Positions 15,070-23,812 of a DNA stretch of 64,000 nt are shown here, piece by piece. Made by a program: the position numbers and the translations under genes. Origin of the DNA: Patescibacteria group bacterium (GTDB lineage Bacteria > Patescibacteriota > Patescibacteriia > Magasanikbacterales > GWA2-37-8); contig SCQK01000013.1 in the NCBI GenBank assembly GCA_004321885.1, positions 111,929 through 175,928 of the forward strand. The letters are read 5' to 3'. The notes under the pieces are model-generated. The model did no database searches and was not told the origin of the DNA. It saw nothing but the letters and a program-made list of their open reading frames with translations. The stretch's first letter is position 1; every line of letters begins with the position of its first letter.

Positions 15070-15363
15070 TGGGTGGAGTAGGATTCGAACCTACGAAGGC
15101 AGAGCCAGCAGATTTCATTTATCCAAAAGTTTCCTTCTAGCATGGACTATATCTTTATCCTATCCGCCAATCTGGCCGATAGGATACTCTGGTATCTAGT
15201 CTCTACGGCGCCCCCGACTTTGCCGGGGTTCCCACGGTATTAGCATGCCCGCCAGTTGGCGGATTTAGCTTTCACCGTTATCCCAGAGAGTTCATCCTAA
15301 AGTTACCTTTAGGAGCTGCGTTTCAACACAGTCTGCTCCAGTTGACCACTTTGGTATCCACCC
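15070..15363 (-). tRNA. tRNA-Tyr (anticodon GUA, class II) interrupted by a 212-nt group I intron
   Basis: Exon 1 at 15328-15363: GGGTGGA-TA-CCA-AAGTGGTCAAC-TGG-A-GCAGA-CTGT. Exon 2 at 15070-15115: AAA-TCTGC-TGGCTCTGCCTTC (long variable arm)-GTAGG-TTCGAAT-CCTAC-TCCACCC-A. Spliced loop CUGUAAA. Confidence 0.8.
15116..15327 (-). mobile_element. group I intron (ORF-less) in tRNA-Tyr
   Basis: Carries AAAGATATAGTCC (group I S element), GAGACTAGATACC (R/P7-like) and AAATCCGCCAACTGGCGGG (Q/P4-like). The 5' exon ends in U and the intron ends in G. Confidence 0.75.
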
Positions 15364-15382
15364 ATCTTCTTAAATTTTCTTG

Positions 15383-15454
15383 AGCCGCCTCAGGGATTCG
15401 GACCCTGGACCTACGGTTTACAAAACCGTTGCTCTACCGCTGAGCTAAGGCGGC
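15383..15454 (-). tRNA. tRNA-Thr (anticodon UGU)
   Basis: GCCGCCT-TA-GCTC-AGCGGTA-GAGC-A-ACGGT-TTTGTAA-ACCGT-AGGTC-CAGGG-TCCGAAT-CCCTG-AGGCGGC-T. TATAAT sits 4 nt upstream. Confidence 0.9.
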
Positions 15455-15515
15455 AATTATACCGCTGCCTGCCCGCCTTTGGCGGGAGCTAAGGCGGTGT
15501 CTGCGCGCGTTTGAC

Positions 15516-16454
15516 TCAAGCGGCTACTGCCCTAGTCACCTCTGGCGACCGCACTTCCATTTTTTTTATTCTTTCCCTAAAACCATCCAATTTGTTGTTG
15601 TCGGGATTGACCATCCGCAAACCATTCATTCCCTTCTCAGCCAGCTCTTTGTCGCCGCATATTATAGCAATTTCCGTCATTAAGTCAAGGTACTTGGGGT
15701 TTTGCGGTTCCAATTCCGCGGCCGCCACTATGGCCTCGCGCGCGGTTTTGGGCTGATTCACTCGCAAGAGCAGTTCGGCGATGTGGTAATAGCGCGGGGA
15801 AAAAGAATCATTAAGCAAAACCGCCTGCTGATAATACCCAATCGCTTCTTCCAAATCACCCTGGCTCTCGGCGATTTCGGCCAGCTTCACCAAAACGCTG
15901 TCATCATCAGGCTCCAGTTGAAGCAAAAAGCGATATGTCTGCCGCGCCTCCTCCAAAGAATTCTTAGCCGCGTAAGTGTCGCCCAATCCTCGGTAAGCGG
16001 AGGCGGCTTTGGGGTCAACTTTAACCGCGGAAATAAACAAATTTTCCGCTTTTTCAAAATCTCCTAATTTTAAGTACTGCTCAGCCTCCTGCACCAGATG
16101 GCTCAATTTGATTTCGCGCTCCTGCGGGTCTTGGTCTGCGCGCTGTTCTCTCGCCTTTACGCTTTGCTCGTGCCGCAACAGTGTTTCCACCTTGGCGAAA
16201 TACGAACGAAAGCGCGTCTGCGCGTCGCCCCAGACGCGCCCCAGGGGCCGCAGGGTCTTTTTTACGTTCTCGCGCAAACGATTGCCGCGCTCTTCCACTC
16301 GCTTTATAATTATTTCTTTTTTCTTTTGCAAAATTTTTTCTTCTGATAAATTATTCACGTCCAAATTGGCCACTCGCGGAAATTTACGCCCCAAAATTAC
16401 CGCTATAACGGCCGCGCAAACTACAATAATGACAAGCGGTATTATATAGAGCAT
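15516..16454 (-). CDS. membrane-anchored TPR-repeat protein (start at MLYIIPLVIIVV)
   Basis: N-terminal TM plus at least four TPR-like repeats (AENLFISAVKVDPKAASAYRGLGDTY, ARQTYRFLLQLEPDDDSVLVKLAEIA, etc). The upstream 46 codons of the ORF-track ORF run through a hairpin repeat. Confidence 0.65.
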   Translation of the reverse strand: MLYIIPLVIIVVCAAVIAVILGRKFPRVANLDVNNLSEEKILQKKKEIIIKRVEERGNRLRENVKKTLRPLGRVWGDAQTRFRSYFAKVETLLRHEQSVKAREQRADQDPQEREIKLSHLVQEAEQYLKLGDFEKAENLFISAVKVDPKAASAYRGLGDTYAAKNSLEEARQTYRFLLQLEPDDDSVLVKLAEIAESQGDLEEAIGYYQQAVLLNDSFSPRYYHIAELLLRVNQPKTAREAIVAAAELEPQNPKYLDLMTEIAIICGDKELAEKGMNGLRMVNPDNNKLDGFRERIKKMEVRSPEVTRAVAA

Positions 16455-16465
16455 AACAAAGTACT

Positions 16466-17266
16466 TTACTTTTCCCTCCCTTTTATAAGGGGAGGGGCAG
16501 GGAGGGGTAGAACAGCATTCTTCGCGATGTCCAGCCATGTTTCCAGCTTGGCCGAAGCGCCCCCCACCAGCACGCCGGAAACGTTCTCGCATTTCAGGTA
16601 GCCGGCGATGTTTTCCGGCCGCACGCTGCCGCCGTACAAAATTATTACAGCAGCCGCAGGCAAAAGTTCAACGGCCAATTTATCTATAAAATTGTGCGCC
16701 ACGGCGCAGGCCTCCGTATCATCGCAAGCGTTGCCGGTGCCAATGGCCCATACCGGTTCGTAGGCGATAAAAAGCGGCCTTTCGTCTTCTTTCGGCCAGG
16801 CCAAATTTTGCAAAGCGGCCCGAAGTTGGATTTCCAAAACTTCCTCTGTCTTACCCTCTTCTCTTTCCTTGGCTGTCTCGCCCACACACAGCACGGGCGT
16901 GAGTCCGGCTGCCAAAATCGCTTCCAATTTTTGCCTCACTTCATGATTGCTTTCGCCAAATTGATGCCGGCGCTCGGAGTGGCCGACCAGCGCGTATTCG
17001 CAACCGGCCGCCTGAAACATCTGGGCCGAAACTTCGCCGGTGTAGCCGCCCTTGTCCACCCAATAAACGTTTTGCGCGCCCACGCCGATGCCGGCGTCGC
17101 GCAGTACCTGGCCAGCGCTGTATAAAGAAAGCGCGCTTGGAAAAACAGTCATTTTCACGTTCGTCGGAAATTTTTCCGCCTCGCCGGCCAAAGCGTTGGC
17201 CAAAATATTGCTCTCGTCAAAATCCAAATACATTTTCCAGTTGGCGAAAAGATAAATTTGTTTCAT
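16466..17266 (-). CDS. tpiA: triose-phosphate isomerase with a repeat-encoded C-terminal tail
   Basis: FANWKMY, GHSERR, AYEPVWAIGTG and YGGSV motifs. The ATG overlaps the TGA of the upstream M16 gene (ATGA). The last 14 aa (LPLPAPPLIKGREK) are encoded by the CCCTCCC..GGGGAGGGG hairpin element at 16470-16510. Confidence 0.92.
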   Translation of the reverse strand: MKQIYLFANWKMYLDFDESNILANALAGEAEKFPTNVKMTVFPSALSLYSAGQVLRDAGIGVGAQNVYWVDKGGYTGEVSAQMFQAAGCEYALVGHSERRHQFGESNHEVRQKLEAILAAGLTPVLCVGETAKEREEGKTEEVLEIQLRAALQNLAWPKEDERPLFIAYEPVWAIGTGNACDDTEACAVAHNFIDKLAVELLPAAAVIILYGGSVRPENIAGYLKCENVSGVLVGGASAKLETWLDIAKNAVLPLPAPPLIKGREK

Positions 17267-18651
17267 ACGAGTAATTTCAAAATTTCTTCTTTTGATTTCG
17301 GCCCGATTACCGCCAACCGCATTCGCTTCCAATCAAAAAATCTTCGTGCCGCGCCACGCACCTGCCCGGCCGTAACGCGCTCTATTTTTTCCAACTGCTG
17401 TTCCGGCGTCTCTATTTTATCAGCGAACCAGTGCTGGCGCGCGAACCACTCGGCCACGGCGCTGGAATTTTCCATGGATAGCGCCATGCGGCCCGAAATG
17501 TTTGTTTTGGCGTCGTCTAATTCTTTTTTGCTGATGCCTTTATCCGCAATTTTTTTCAGTTCGCTTTTAATTACCGAAAGCGCTTCGCCCAGCCGGTTGG
17601 AATCCAAACCAGCGTTAATGGTGATAACGCCGGTTTCGTTGTGGCTGACCCCGCCGGCGTGAATCATATAGGCCAATCCCCTTTTCTCGCGCACCTCCAC
17701 GAACAAACGTGAACTCATGCCGGAGCCGAGCACGGTAAGCAATACCGCGTTCGCGTACCTGATAGGATCGTTGTAGGCGAAACCCGCGAACCCCATCACA
17801 ACGTGCGACTGATCTATTTTTCTCTGTTCAACGCTAACCCGTTTTTCCAACGGCAATTCGCCCGCCGGCCAGCTGAATTTTATAAAATTTTCTTTGTTGA
17901 AATACCCCTCCTTCCCGCTCCCCTTTATAAGGGGAGGGAAACTATCGGCAGTTCCTCCCCCTTGATAAGGGGGAGGCTCGCCACCACACCAAATGCTTTG
18001 GTGTGGTGGCGAGGAGGGGGTATTCGCGAAATACTTCGCGGCCAACTTTTTTATTTTTTCCCGCGGCGCGTTGCCCGACACCGCCAGCGCCATATTCGCG
18101 GGCGTGTAAGCATTTTTGTAATACGCGAACAGCTCGTCCCGCGTAATATTTTTTACTGTCTCGGCCGTGCCGGCCACATCCCGCCCCAGTGGATTGCCGC
18201 CAAACACCGTGCGGTCAAAAACCAGCTCCACGGCCATGCTCGGATTATCTTCATACATCTTTATTTCTTCGGCAATCACTCCCCGCTCTTTGGTGATTTC
18301 TTTTTCGTCAAAAGTGGAATCAAAGAGCATGTCCGCCAAAATATCAAAAGCCAATTCCACCCGCCGGCCGTCTATTTTAATATAATAGCCGGTATAATCC
18401 TTGTAGGTAAAGGCGTTATAATCCGCGCCCACCGCGTCCAACTCGCGCGAAATATGCTGGGCCGTGGGACGTTTTTTTGTTCCTTTGAACATCAGATGCT
18501 CCACAAAGTGCGAAGCCCCGGAAATTTTCGCTGTCTCATAGCGCGAACCCACCGGCAATAAAACCATCACCGTGACGGCTTTGGTGCCGCCCGTCGGCGC
18601 CGTGATTAGCGACAAGCCATTTTTTAATTTTGATAGCCGATGCATAATCAC
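17263..18651 (-). CDS. M16-family zinc peptidase (insulinase-like) with an in-frame repeat-element insertion
   Basis: HFVEHLMFKGT gives the HxxEH zinc motif. 462 aa. Residues ...PPHQSIWCGGEPPPYQGGGTADSFPPLIKGSGKEG are encoded by a three-hairpin composite at 17920-18010. Confidence 0.85.
   Translation of the reverse strand: MIMHRLSKLKNGLSLITAPTGGTKAVTVMVLLPVGSRYETAKISGASHFVEHLMFKGTKKRPTAQHISRELDAVGADYNAFTYKDYTGYYIKIDGRRVELAFDILADMLFDSTFDEKEITKERGVIAEEIKMYEDNPSMAVELVFDRTVFGGNPLGRDVAGTAETVKNITRDELFAYYKNAYTPANMALAVSGNAPREKIKKLAAKYFANTPSSPPHQSIWCGGEPPPYQGGGTADSFPPLIKGSGKEGYFNKENFIKFSWPAGELPLEKRVSVEQRKIDQSHVVMGFAGFAYNDPIRYANAVLLTVLGSGMSSRLFVEVREKRGLAYMIHAGGVSHNETGVITINAGLDSNRLGEALSVIKSELKKIADKGISKKELDDAKTNISGRMALSMENSSAVAEWFARQHWFADKIETPEQQLEKIERVTAGQVRGAARRFFDWKRMRLAVIGPKSKEEILKLLV
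17920..18010. repeat. composite hairpin train (CTCCCCTTTATAAGGGGAGGG + CCTCCCCCTTGATAAGGGGGAGG + CGCCACCACACCAAATGCTTTGGTGTGGTGGCG) inside the M16 ORF
   Basis: Direct reading. All three are perfect or near-perfect palindromes, and the reading frame is maintained through them. Confidence 0.85.
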
Positions 18652-18881
18652 TCAACACCCAACAGCTTGCGTAAATTTTTATTGGCAAACTCAAGTTTTC
18701 TGATTTGCCAATCTTCCAGATTGTTTCCGCCGGCAACTTCAATTGACTTAGTTTCGGCGTTCCAGTCAGCGTCTATGCCGTCATCCTTCAAGCTCCTTAA
18801 AACCACCGCTATATTGCCTTTATATACGGTTTCTTCTTTCTCTAACATCCCAAACCTCTGCCTTGGCACGTCGTTGGTCAT
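18648..18881 (-). CDS. hypothetical small protein (77 aa)
   Basis: ORF tightly overlapping both glyS (upstream) and the M16 gene (downstream) in 4-nt overlaps. Confidence 0.45.
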   Translation of the reverse strand: MTNDVPRQRFGMLEKEETVYKGNIAVVLRSLKDDGIDADWNAETKSIEVAGGNNLEDWQIRKLEFANKNLRKLLGVE

Positions 18882-20203
18882 ACAAATTTTTCTTTTAAGT
18901 AATTACTTAAATCTTTTATTGCCACCCTGTTTTGCTTCATGGTATCACGGTCGCGCACGGTGATTTTTTTGTCTTCCAGCGAATCAAAGTCCACTGTCAC
19001 GCAATACGGGGTGCCGATTTCATCCTGCCGGCGATAGCGCTTGCCGATGCTTTGGGTGTCGTCGTAATCTACCGCGAAATCAGCGCGCAAAGCCGCGGCC
19101 ACCTCTTTAGCTACCTTAGCCAGATTTTCTTTTTTAGACAAGGGCAAAACAGCGACCTGTACCGGCGCCAAATGTTTGGGAAATTTCATCACCACGCGCG
19201 TTTCGGTTTCGCCTTTTTCCGCCGTGGGGGCCTGTTCTTCGTGATACGCTTCCAACAAACACACCAGCAACGTGCGGTCTATGCCAAAGGTTGGCTCTAT
19301 CACGTGCGGCAAAAACTTTTCGCCGGTTTCCGGGTCAGTATAATGCAAATCCTGCCCGCTCACAGCCTCGTGGCGCGACAAATCAAAATCCGTGCGATAG
19401 GCAATGCCGTGCAACTCTTGCGTTCCAAACGGGTATTTGTATTCAATATCCACCGTGCGCTTGCTGTAGTGGGCGCGCTCGTTGTCCGGTATTTCGCGCC
19501 AGACCAGATTATCCGTGTTTACTTGCATGGCATCTTTCCACCAGCGCTTGATTTCACTAAGCCACATTTCAAAAACTTTTTCCCATTCATCGGGCTTGAT
19601 AAAATATTCCAGCTCGCCGATTTCAAATTCGCGCGTGCGGAAAATAAAATTGCCGGGCGTAATTTCATTGCGGAAACATTTGCCGATTTGGGCGATACCG
19701 AAAGGCAAACGGCGGCGAGTAGTGTTGACGATGTTTTTGAAATTGACGAACATGCCGCCGGCGGTCTCCGGGCGCAAATAAGCCGTGGTGGCGGTGTCTT
19801 CGGTGGTGCCCAAAAACGTCTTGAACATCAAATTAAAACTTTTTGGCGCGGTCAGCGCGCCGCCGCAGTCCGAACATTTTTTCCTTTTGGGGAGCTGGTC
19901 GCTGCGAAAACGATGATGGCACTTTTTACACTCCACCAGCTCATCGGAAAAATTTTGCAAATGCCCCGAGGCCTCCCAGGCCTTGGGGTTCATGATGATG
20001 GCGCTATCCAGCGGCACCATATCCTCGCGCTCTTGCACGAAAAATTTCCACCACAGTGATTTGATATTTTGTTTTAGCAAATGCCCGAGCGGGCCATAAT
20101 CCCAGCTGTTAGCCAGTCCGCCGTAAATCTCACTGCCCGGGAACACAAACCCGCGCCGTTTGCACAGCGACACGATTTTATCCATCAGGTCATTTTCTGG
20201 CAT
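18878..20203 (-). CDS. glyQS: glycine--tRNA ligase (dimeric class II GlyRS)
   Basis: 441 aa. N-terminus MPENDLMDKIVSLCKRRGFVFPGSEIYGGLANSWDYGPLG is diagnostic of the alpha2-type GlyRS. Class II motifs and the anticodon-binding domain follow. Confidence 0.9.
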   Translation of the reverse strand: MPENDLMDKIVSLCKRRGFVFPGSEIYGGLANSWDYGPLGHLLKQNIKSLWWKFFVQEREDMVPLDSAIIMNPKAWEASGHLQNFSDELVECKKCHHRFRSDQLPKRKKCSDCGGALTAPKSFNLMFKTFLGTTEDTATTAYLRPETAGGMFVNFKNIVNTTRRRLPFGIAQIGKCFRNEITPGNFIFRTREFEIGELEYFIKPDEWEKVFEMWLSEIKRWWKDAMQVNTDNLVWREIPDNERAHYSKRTVDIEYKYPFGTQELHGIAYRTDFDLSRHEAVSGQDLHYTDPETGEKFLPHVIEPTFGIDRTLLVCLLEAYHEEQAPTAEKGETETRVVMKFPKHLAPVQVAVLPLSKKENLAKVAKEVAAALRADFAVDYDDTQSIGKRYRRQDEIGTPYCVTVDFDSLEDKKITVRDRDTMKQNRVAIKDLSNYLKEKFV

Positions 20204-20246
20204 AAAATTTCAAATATTAATTCCATCAAACCCTTGACAAATGACG

Positions 20247-20370
20247 ATTATGTGTTACACTATAATCAAATGTTAGCTGAACACTGACCGTATGGCAGGT
20301 GTCCCGGGGCGACTTGGGAATAGGCTATTCCCCCTTAAATGGGGGTTTTATTTTTTTATAATTCTAACAC
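20247..20370 (+). ncRNA. candidate ~90-nt small RNA (promoter plus transcript plus intrinsic terminator), antisense to the glyS upstream region
   Basis: TTGACA at 20247-20252, N16, TACACT. The ~90-nt stretch contains hairpins (gggaatag-gc-tattccc) and ends in ccccc-ttaaat-ggggg followed by ttttattttttt. Confidence 0.25.
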
Positions 20371-20382
20371 AAAAATCATTTT

Positions 20383-21306
20383 TTATAATACAATCTTATC
20401 TATTTGCTTGCTTAAATTTTTTCCACTAGACATAAACTTTAACGTTGCGAGCAAATCTGTTTGTGTTTGTGACAACTTTTCACCTAAAATTTTATCTTGT
20501 TTGAATTTACCCGTATTTTCGCCATTTTTTTTCCGTTCTTTAAATGTTTTTGAGACGAAATGTTTGCCTAATTCCTCCAATAACGTCGCTCTTTCATTCT
20601 CACAATTTTTTATCCTTTCTTCGGCCATTGAATTATAATCCTCCGAAATTTCTATTCCTAAATAATCGCAACCCAATAATTTAGCCGCAACTAAAGTTGA
20701 ACCGCTTCCCGAATATGGATCCAAGACAACCCCTCTTTTTCCGTCTAAAACCGAAAAAATTGCTCTTGCCGGCAGAATCATCGGAAATGGCGCGGGATGA
20801 TTCACACATCGTTCCGGTGGAAATCGCCAAATAGACGTTAGTAAAGCATGTCTTGAGGCCAACTCCTCACCAATTTTATTACCTGCGGGCTTATGCAACC
20901 AGTAAATACGTTCATCTACCTGCCAGAATCGCCATCCTCTGATATTGGCTGCTATCATTCTATCCCAAATTATTTCCTGGCGCATGGTCCAATCCGATTT
21001 AGATAGCCAACTAATTGGATGTATCATCTCACCTTTTTCCCATCTCACTTTATGATTATAAAAAAAAGATCCGCCCGGTTTCGTTATACGAAAAATTTCG
21101 TTTAAAATTTCAACCTGTTCGTTTTGATACTCTTCTTCATTCTTGGCGTCACTAATCGCATTATACAAAACATTTTTTACAAGCCAACCCTTATTTTTTT
21201 CCTTTTTATTATAAGGGGGTGAAGTAACGCAAACATCTATGATATTTGAATCAATCGTCTTTAAAATATCTAATGTATTACCTTGTAAAATCTGATTGAC
21301 TCTCAT
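20383..21306 (-). CDS. site-specific DNA methyltransferase (beta-class N6A/N4C, DPPY) with a ~70-aa C-terminal extension
   Basis: DVCVTSPPY (motif IV) precedes the AdoMet motif DPYSGSGSTLVAAKLLG, in beta-class order. AT-rich (~33% GC). The start overlaps the upstream ORF's stop (ATGA). Confidence 0.8.
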   Translation of the reverse strand: MRVNQILQGNTLDILKTIDSNIIDVCVTSPPYNKKEKNKGWLVKNVLYNAISDAKNEEEYQNEQVEILNEIFRITKPGGSFFYNHKVRWEKGEMIHPISWLSKSDWTMRQEIIWDRMIAANIRGWRFWQVDERIYWLHKPAGNKIGEELASRHALLTSIWRFPPERCVNHPAPFPMILPARAIFSVLDGKRGVVLDPYSGSGSTLVAAKLLGCDYLGIEISEDYNSMAEERIKNCENERATLLEELGKHFVSKTFKERKKNGENTGKFKQDKILGEKLSQTQTDLLATLKFMSSGKNLSKQIDKIVL

Positions 21307-21980
21307 TTTGCCTTTTCGGTTAAAAAATTATAAAATTTTCCGTTAAAATTGGAACGATTATCTTTTAGAGCCTTTACGTTAATATAAACGATTTTTAATT
21401 TTTTGCAATTTTGATAATCCCGAAAACCAAAGGAAGCACTTCGTAAAAAAGTCCCCTTCTCTCGACTCTTATTTTTGAATCTTTTCTTTAATTTAAGCTT
21501 CAAACAGCTTGTAAATCCCTCGTTACAAAAAGGAAATTCCAAAATATAAATTAATTGCCCGTCAATAAAACCGCTAACCAAAATGTTTAGATTTGCCGCT
21601 AAATCTTTTTTAAGCCGCTCCGGTGTATAATCAGTGAAATTGCCACCTCCGTCAAGTTTTCTCGGCGTCTTACGATTATTATTATCGCCGGTACAAATAT
21701 TTCTCGGTTTTGCTTCACAAGCAATAAATTCACCGCCGATACTCACACTTTGTTTAAAACCATTGTAACCTATTTTTTTGTTGCTGTGCGTATAGCCAGC
21801 CAAAGTTATCGTAATGAATTCTCTAATAGTAGAAGAATTTTTATCATTTATATAAATGGTAAGCAAATCATTAAATAACGATATTAAATCATCTTTAGAT
21901 TTATCCAACAAAAGAGCATTCAACTCCTTATGCGGTTTGGTGGCGTATGTAATTAAAATATCAGATAACGCGTTATTCAT
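21303..21980 (-). CDS. putative Type II restriction endonuclease, partner of the methyltransferase
   Basis: 225 aa, no recognisable family. Same AT-rich composition as the methyltransferase and translationally coupled to it. The pair is inserted between the housekeeping genes glyS and frr. Confidence 0.45.
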   Translation of the reverse strand: MNNALSDILITYATKPHKELNALLLDKSKDDLISLFNDLLTIYINDKNSSTIREFITITLAGYTHSNKKIGYNGFKQSVSIGGEFIACEAKPRNICTGDNNNRKTPRKLDGGGNFTDYTPERLKKDLAANLNILVSGFIDGQLIYILEFPFCNEGFTSCLKLKLKKRFKNKSREKGTFLRSASFGFRDYQNCKKLKIVYINVKALKDNRSNFNGKFYNFLTEKAK

Positions 21981-21991
21981 AAGCAGAAAAT

Positions 21992-22540
21992 TTACACCGT
22001 ATTTATCTCCCCCTCTTTTTTCTCCCCCACTTCCTCAATTTTCTCGTTAAATTCTTTCACCATCTTGTCCAGCTCCTCCTGCAAGCGAAATTTTTCGTCT
22101 TCGCCGATTTCCTTGTCCGCCTCGGCCTGTTTCACCATCTCTTTGATTTCCTCGCGTGTCTTGCGCACGGAAATGCGCGCCTGCTCTAATTTTTGGTGTA
22201 AAACTTTTATCAACTCGGCGCGGCGCTCGGTGGTGAGCTCGGGTAAAAATATGCGCACCGAATTGCCGTTGTTGACCGGATTTAACCCCAGCCCGCTGTC
22301 GCGCACCGCTTTTTCAATCGCGGCCAGCACGCTCTTATCCCACGGTTCTATGTTCACCGTCTTCTGGTCGGGCACAGTAATGGACGCCATTGCTTTTACC
22401 GGCTGTTTCACGCCATAAGCCTCTACCTGAATATCTTCCACGATAGCCGTGGAGGCGCGGCCCGTGCGCAAGCCAGACACGTCTTTTTTCAGGAACTCCA
22501 CTATCTGGTCAAAGTCCGATTTGAAGTCATTGATGTTCAT
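21992..22540 (-). CDS. frr: ribosome recycling factor
   Basis: 182 aa. VEDIQVEAYG...IEPWDKS...NPVNNGNSVRIFLPELTTERR is the RRF signature. Confidence 0.92.
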   Translation of the reverse strand: MNINDFKSDFDQIVEFLKKDVSGLRTGRASTAIVEDIQVEAYGVKQPVKAMASITVPDQKTVNIEPWDKSVLAAIEKAVRDSGLGLNPVNNGNSVRIFLPELTTERRAELIKVLHQKLEQARISVRKTREEIKEMVKQAEADKEIGEDEKFRLQEELDKMVKEFNEKIEEVGEKKEGEINTV

Positions 22541-22569
22541 AAATGAAATGTAACATTAATTTTACGAAT

Positions 22570-22645
22570 GCGGCCGAATATGTTCGTAGCGCCTTGTGCT
22601 GTCAAAGCGGCACGGCCGAGGCCTCGCGGCCGAGGAAAGCGAGAA
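22570..22645. repeat. long palindrome (CGGCCGAATATGTTCG ... CGAGAACATATCCGGCCG) downstream of frr
   Basis: The 15-16 bp inverted-repeat arms are separated by ~40 bp containing CGGCCGAGGCCTCGCGGCCGAGG. Confidence 0.6.
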
Positions 22646-22668
22646 CATATCCGGCCGCATGAGTTATA

Positions 22669-23751
22669 TTATTTGTCAGCGGTGGTAAACCCTAAAAACA
22701 ACGTATTGCCGGATTTCTTGTGCGCCAGCATATCCACCGGAATGGTATTGGTCGGCAACTTGCGCGTCACCCAATTCTTGCCCCCGTCCACGGACTTGTA
22801 AAACGTGGAACGCGCGTTCGCTCCACCCTCGCCCAATATCGTGCCGGTGTAATAGAGCTCGGACTGATTCTGCGGATTGACGGCGAACGCGTAAATGTTC
22901 ACGCTTCCCGGCGGGGTAAGCAGTTTCAAATCAACCCATGTTTCGCCCGAGTCGTCGGAGCGCAAAATGCCGTATTTGGAAATCCAAAACAAGCTGTTGG
23001 CCTGGGCCGGATTCAAAATCAGTTTATAAAAATCCTTGCTGCCGCTGAAATTTTCCAGCGGCTTGCTCATGTCCTGCCAGCTGTTGCCATTGTCATCGGA
23101 CCGAAACAGCCCGCTCCCCAGCGTGGCCGCGTACAAACGCCCGGGTTTGGCCGGGTCGGCCAAAAGATACCGCGTGTCAACTCCAAACCGGTGCACGATT
23201 CTCCAGCTCGCCCCGCTGTCGCGGCTGCGCAAGACGTCCCCGCCCAATTCCGCGCCGTAAATCGTTTTTGAATCCCCGGCGTCCACGGCCACCGCGGCCA
23301 AGCGCTGGTCCGGCCTTTCTTCGGTAAACACCATTTTCCAGGTGCGCGCGCAGTCGTCTGTTTTATAAATATGCCCTCCGTCGCTGGCGTAGATATTGCA
23401 CTTGTCTCTCGGGTCCACGGCCAGCGCGTAAATAAATTTGCCCTGCATGTCCTTGGCCAGTTGCCAGGTCTGCCCGTTGTTGTAGGAATAAAAAAGCCCC
23501 TGCCCGCGCGAGCCCAAGTACAAAGCGTTTGGGTCGCTCGGGTCTGTAAAAAATTTGTACGCCTTCACCAGGCCGATGCTTTTTATCCCCTGGTCCGTAA
23601 GCAGGGTAAAAGCCGGCTGCCACGACTCGCCCTTATCGCCCGAACGAAATACGCCCATGGCCCCGCTGCCCTTTTTGCTAAAACTCACGCACCCCTGGCC
23701 GGCGAGCAATAAAAAAGCCGCCAGGCCGATTAAAATTTTCTTTTTTAACAT
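22669..23751 (-). CDS. secreted BNR/Asp-box repeat beta-propeller protein
   Basis: Signal peptide ending LLLAGQGC. Multiple S-x-D-x-G-x-T-W boxes (SDDSGETW, SRDSGASW, SDDNGNSW, TDDCARTW, SYNNGQTW, SVDGGKNW). Confidence 0.75.
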   Translation of the reverse strand: MLKKKILIGLAAFLLLAGQGCVSFSKKGSGAMGVFRSGDKGESWQPAFTLLTDQGIKSIGLVKAYKFFTDPSDPNALYLGSRGQGLFYSYNNGQTWQLAKDMQGKFIYALAVDPRDKCNIYASDGGHIYKTDDCARTWKMVFTEERPDQRLAAVAVDAGDSKTIYGAELGGDVLRSRDSGASWRIVHRFGVDTRYLLADPAKPGRLYAATLGSGLFRSDDNGNSWQDMSKPLENFSGSKDFYKLILNPAQANSLFWISKYGILRSDDSGETWVDLKLLTPPGSVNIYAFAVNPQNQSELYYTGTILGEGGANARSTFYKSVDGGKNWVTRKLPTNTIPVDMLAHKKSGNTLFLGFTTADK

Positions 23752-23812
23752 ACTATTTACCCTTACCTCCCTCCCCCTTAAAAAAGGAGAGGACAGGAGG
23801 GGGTATTCAATT

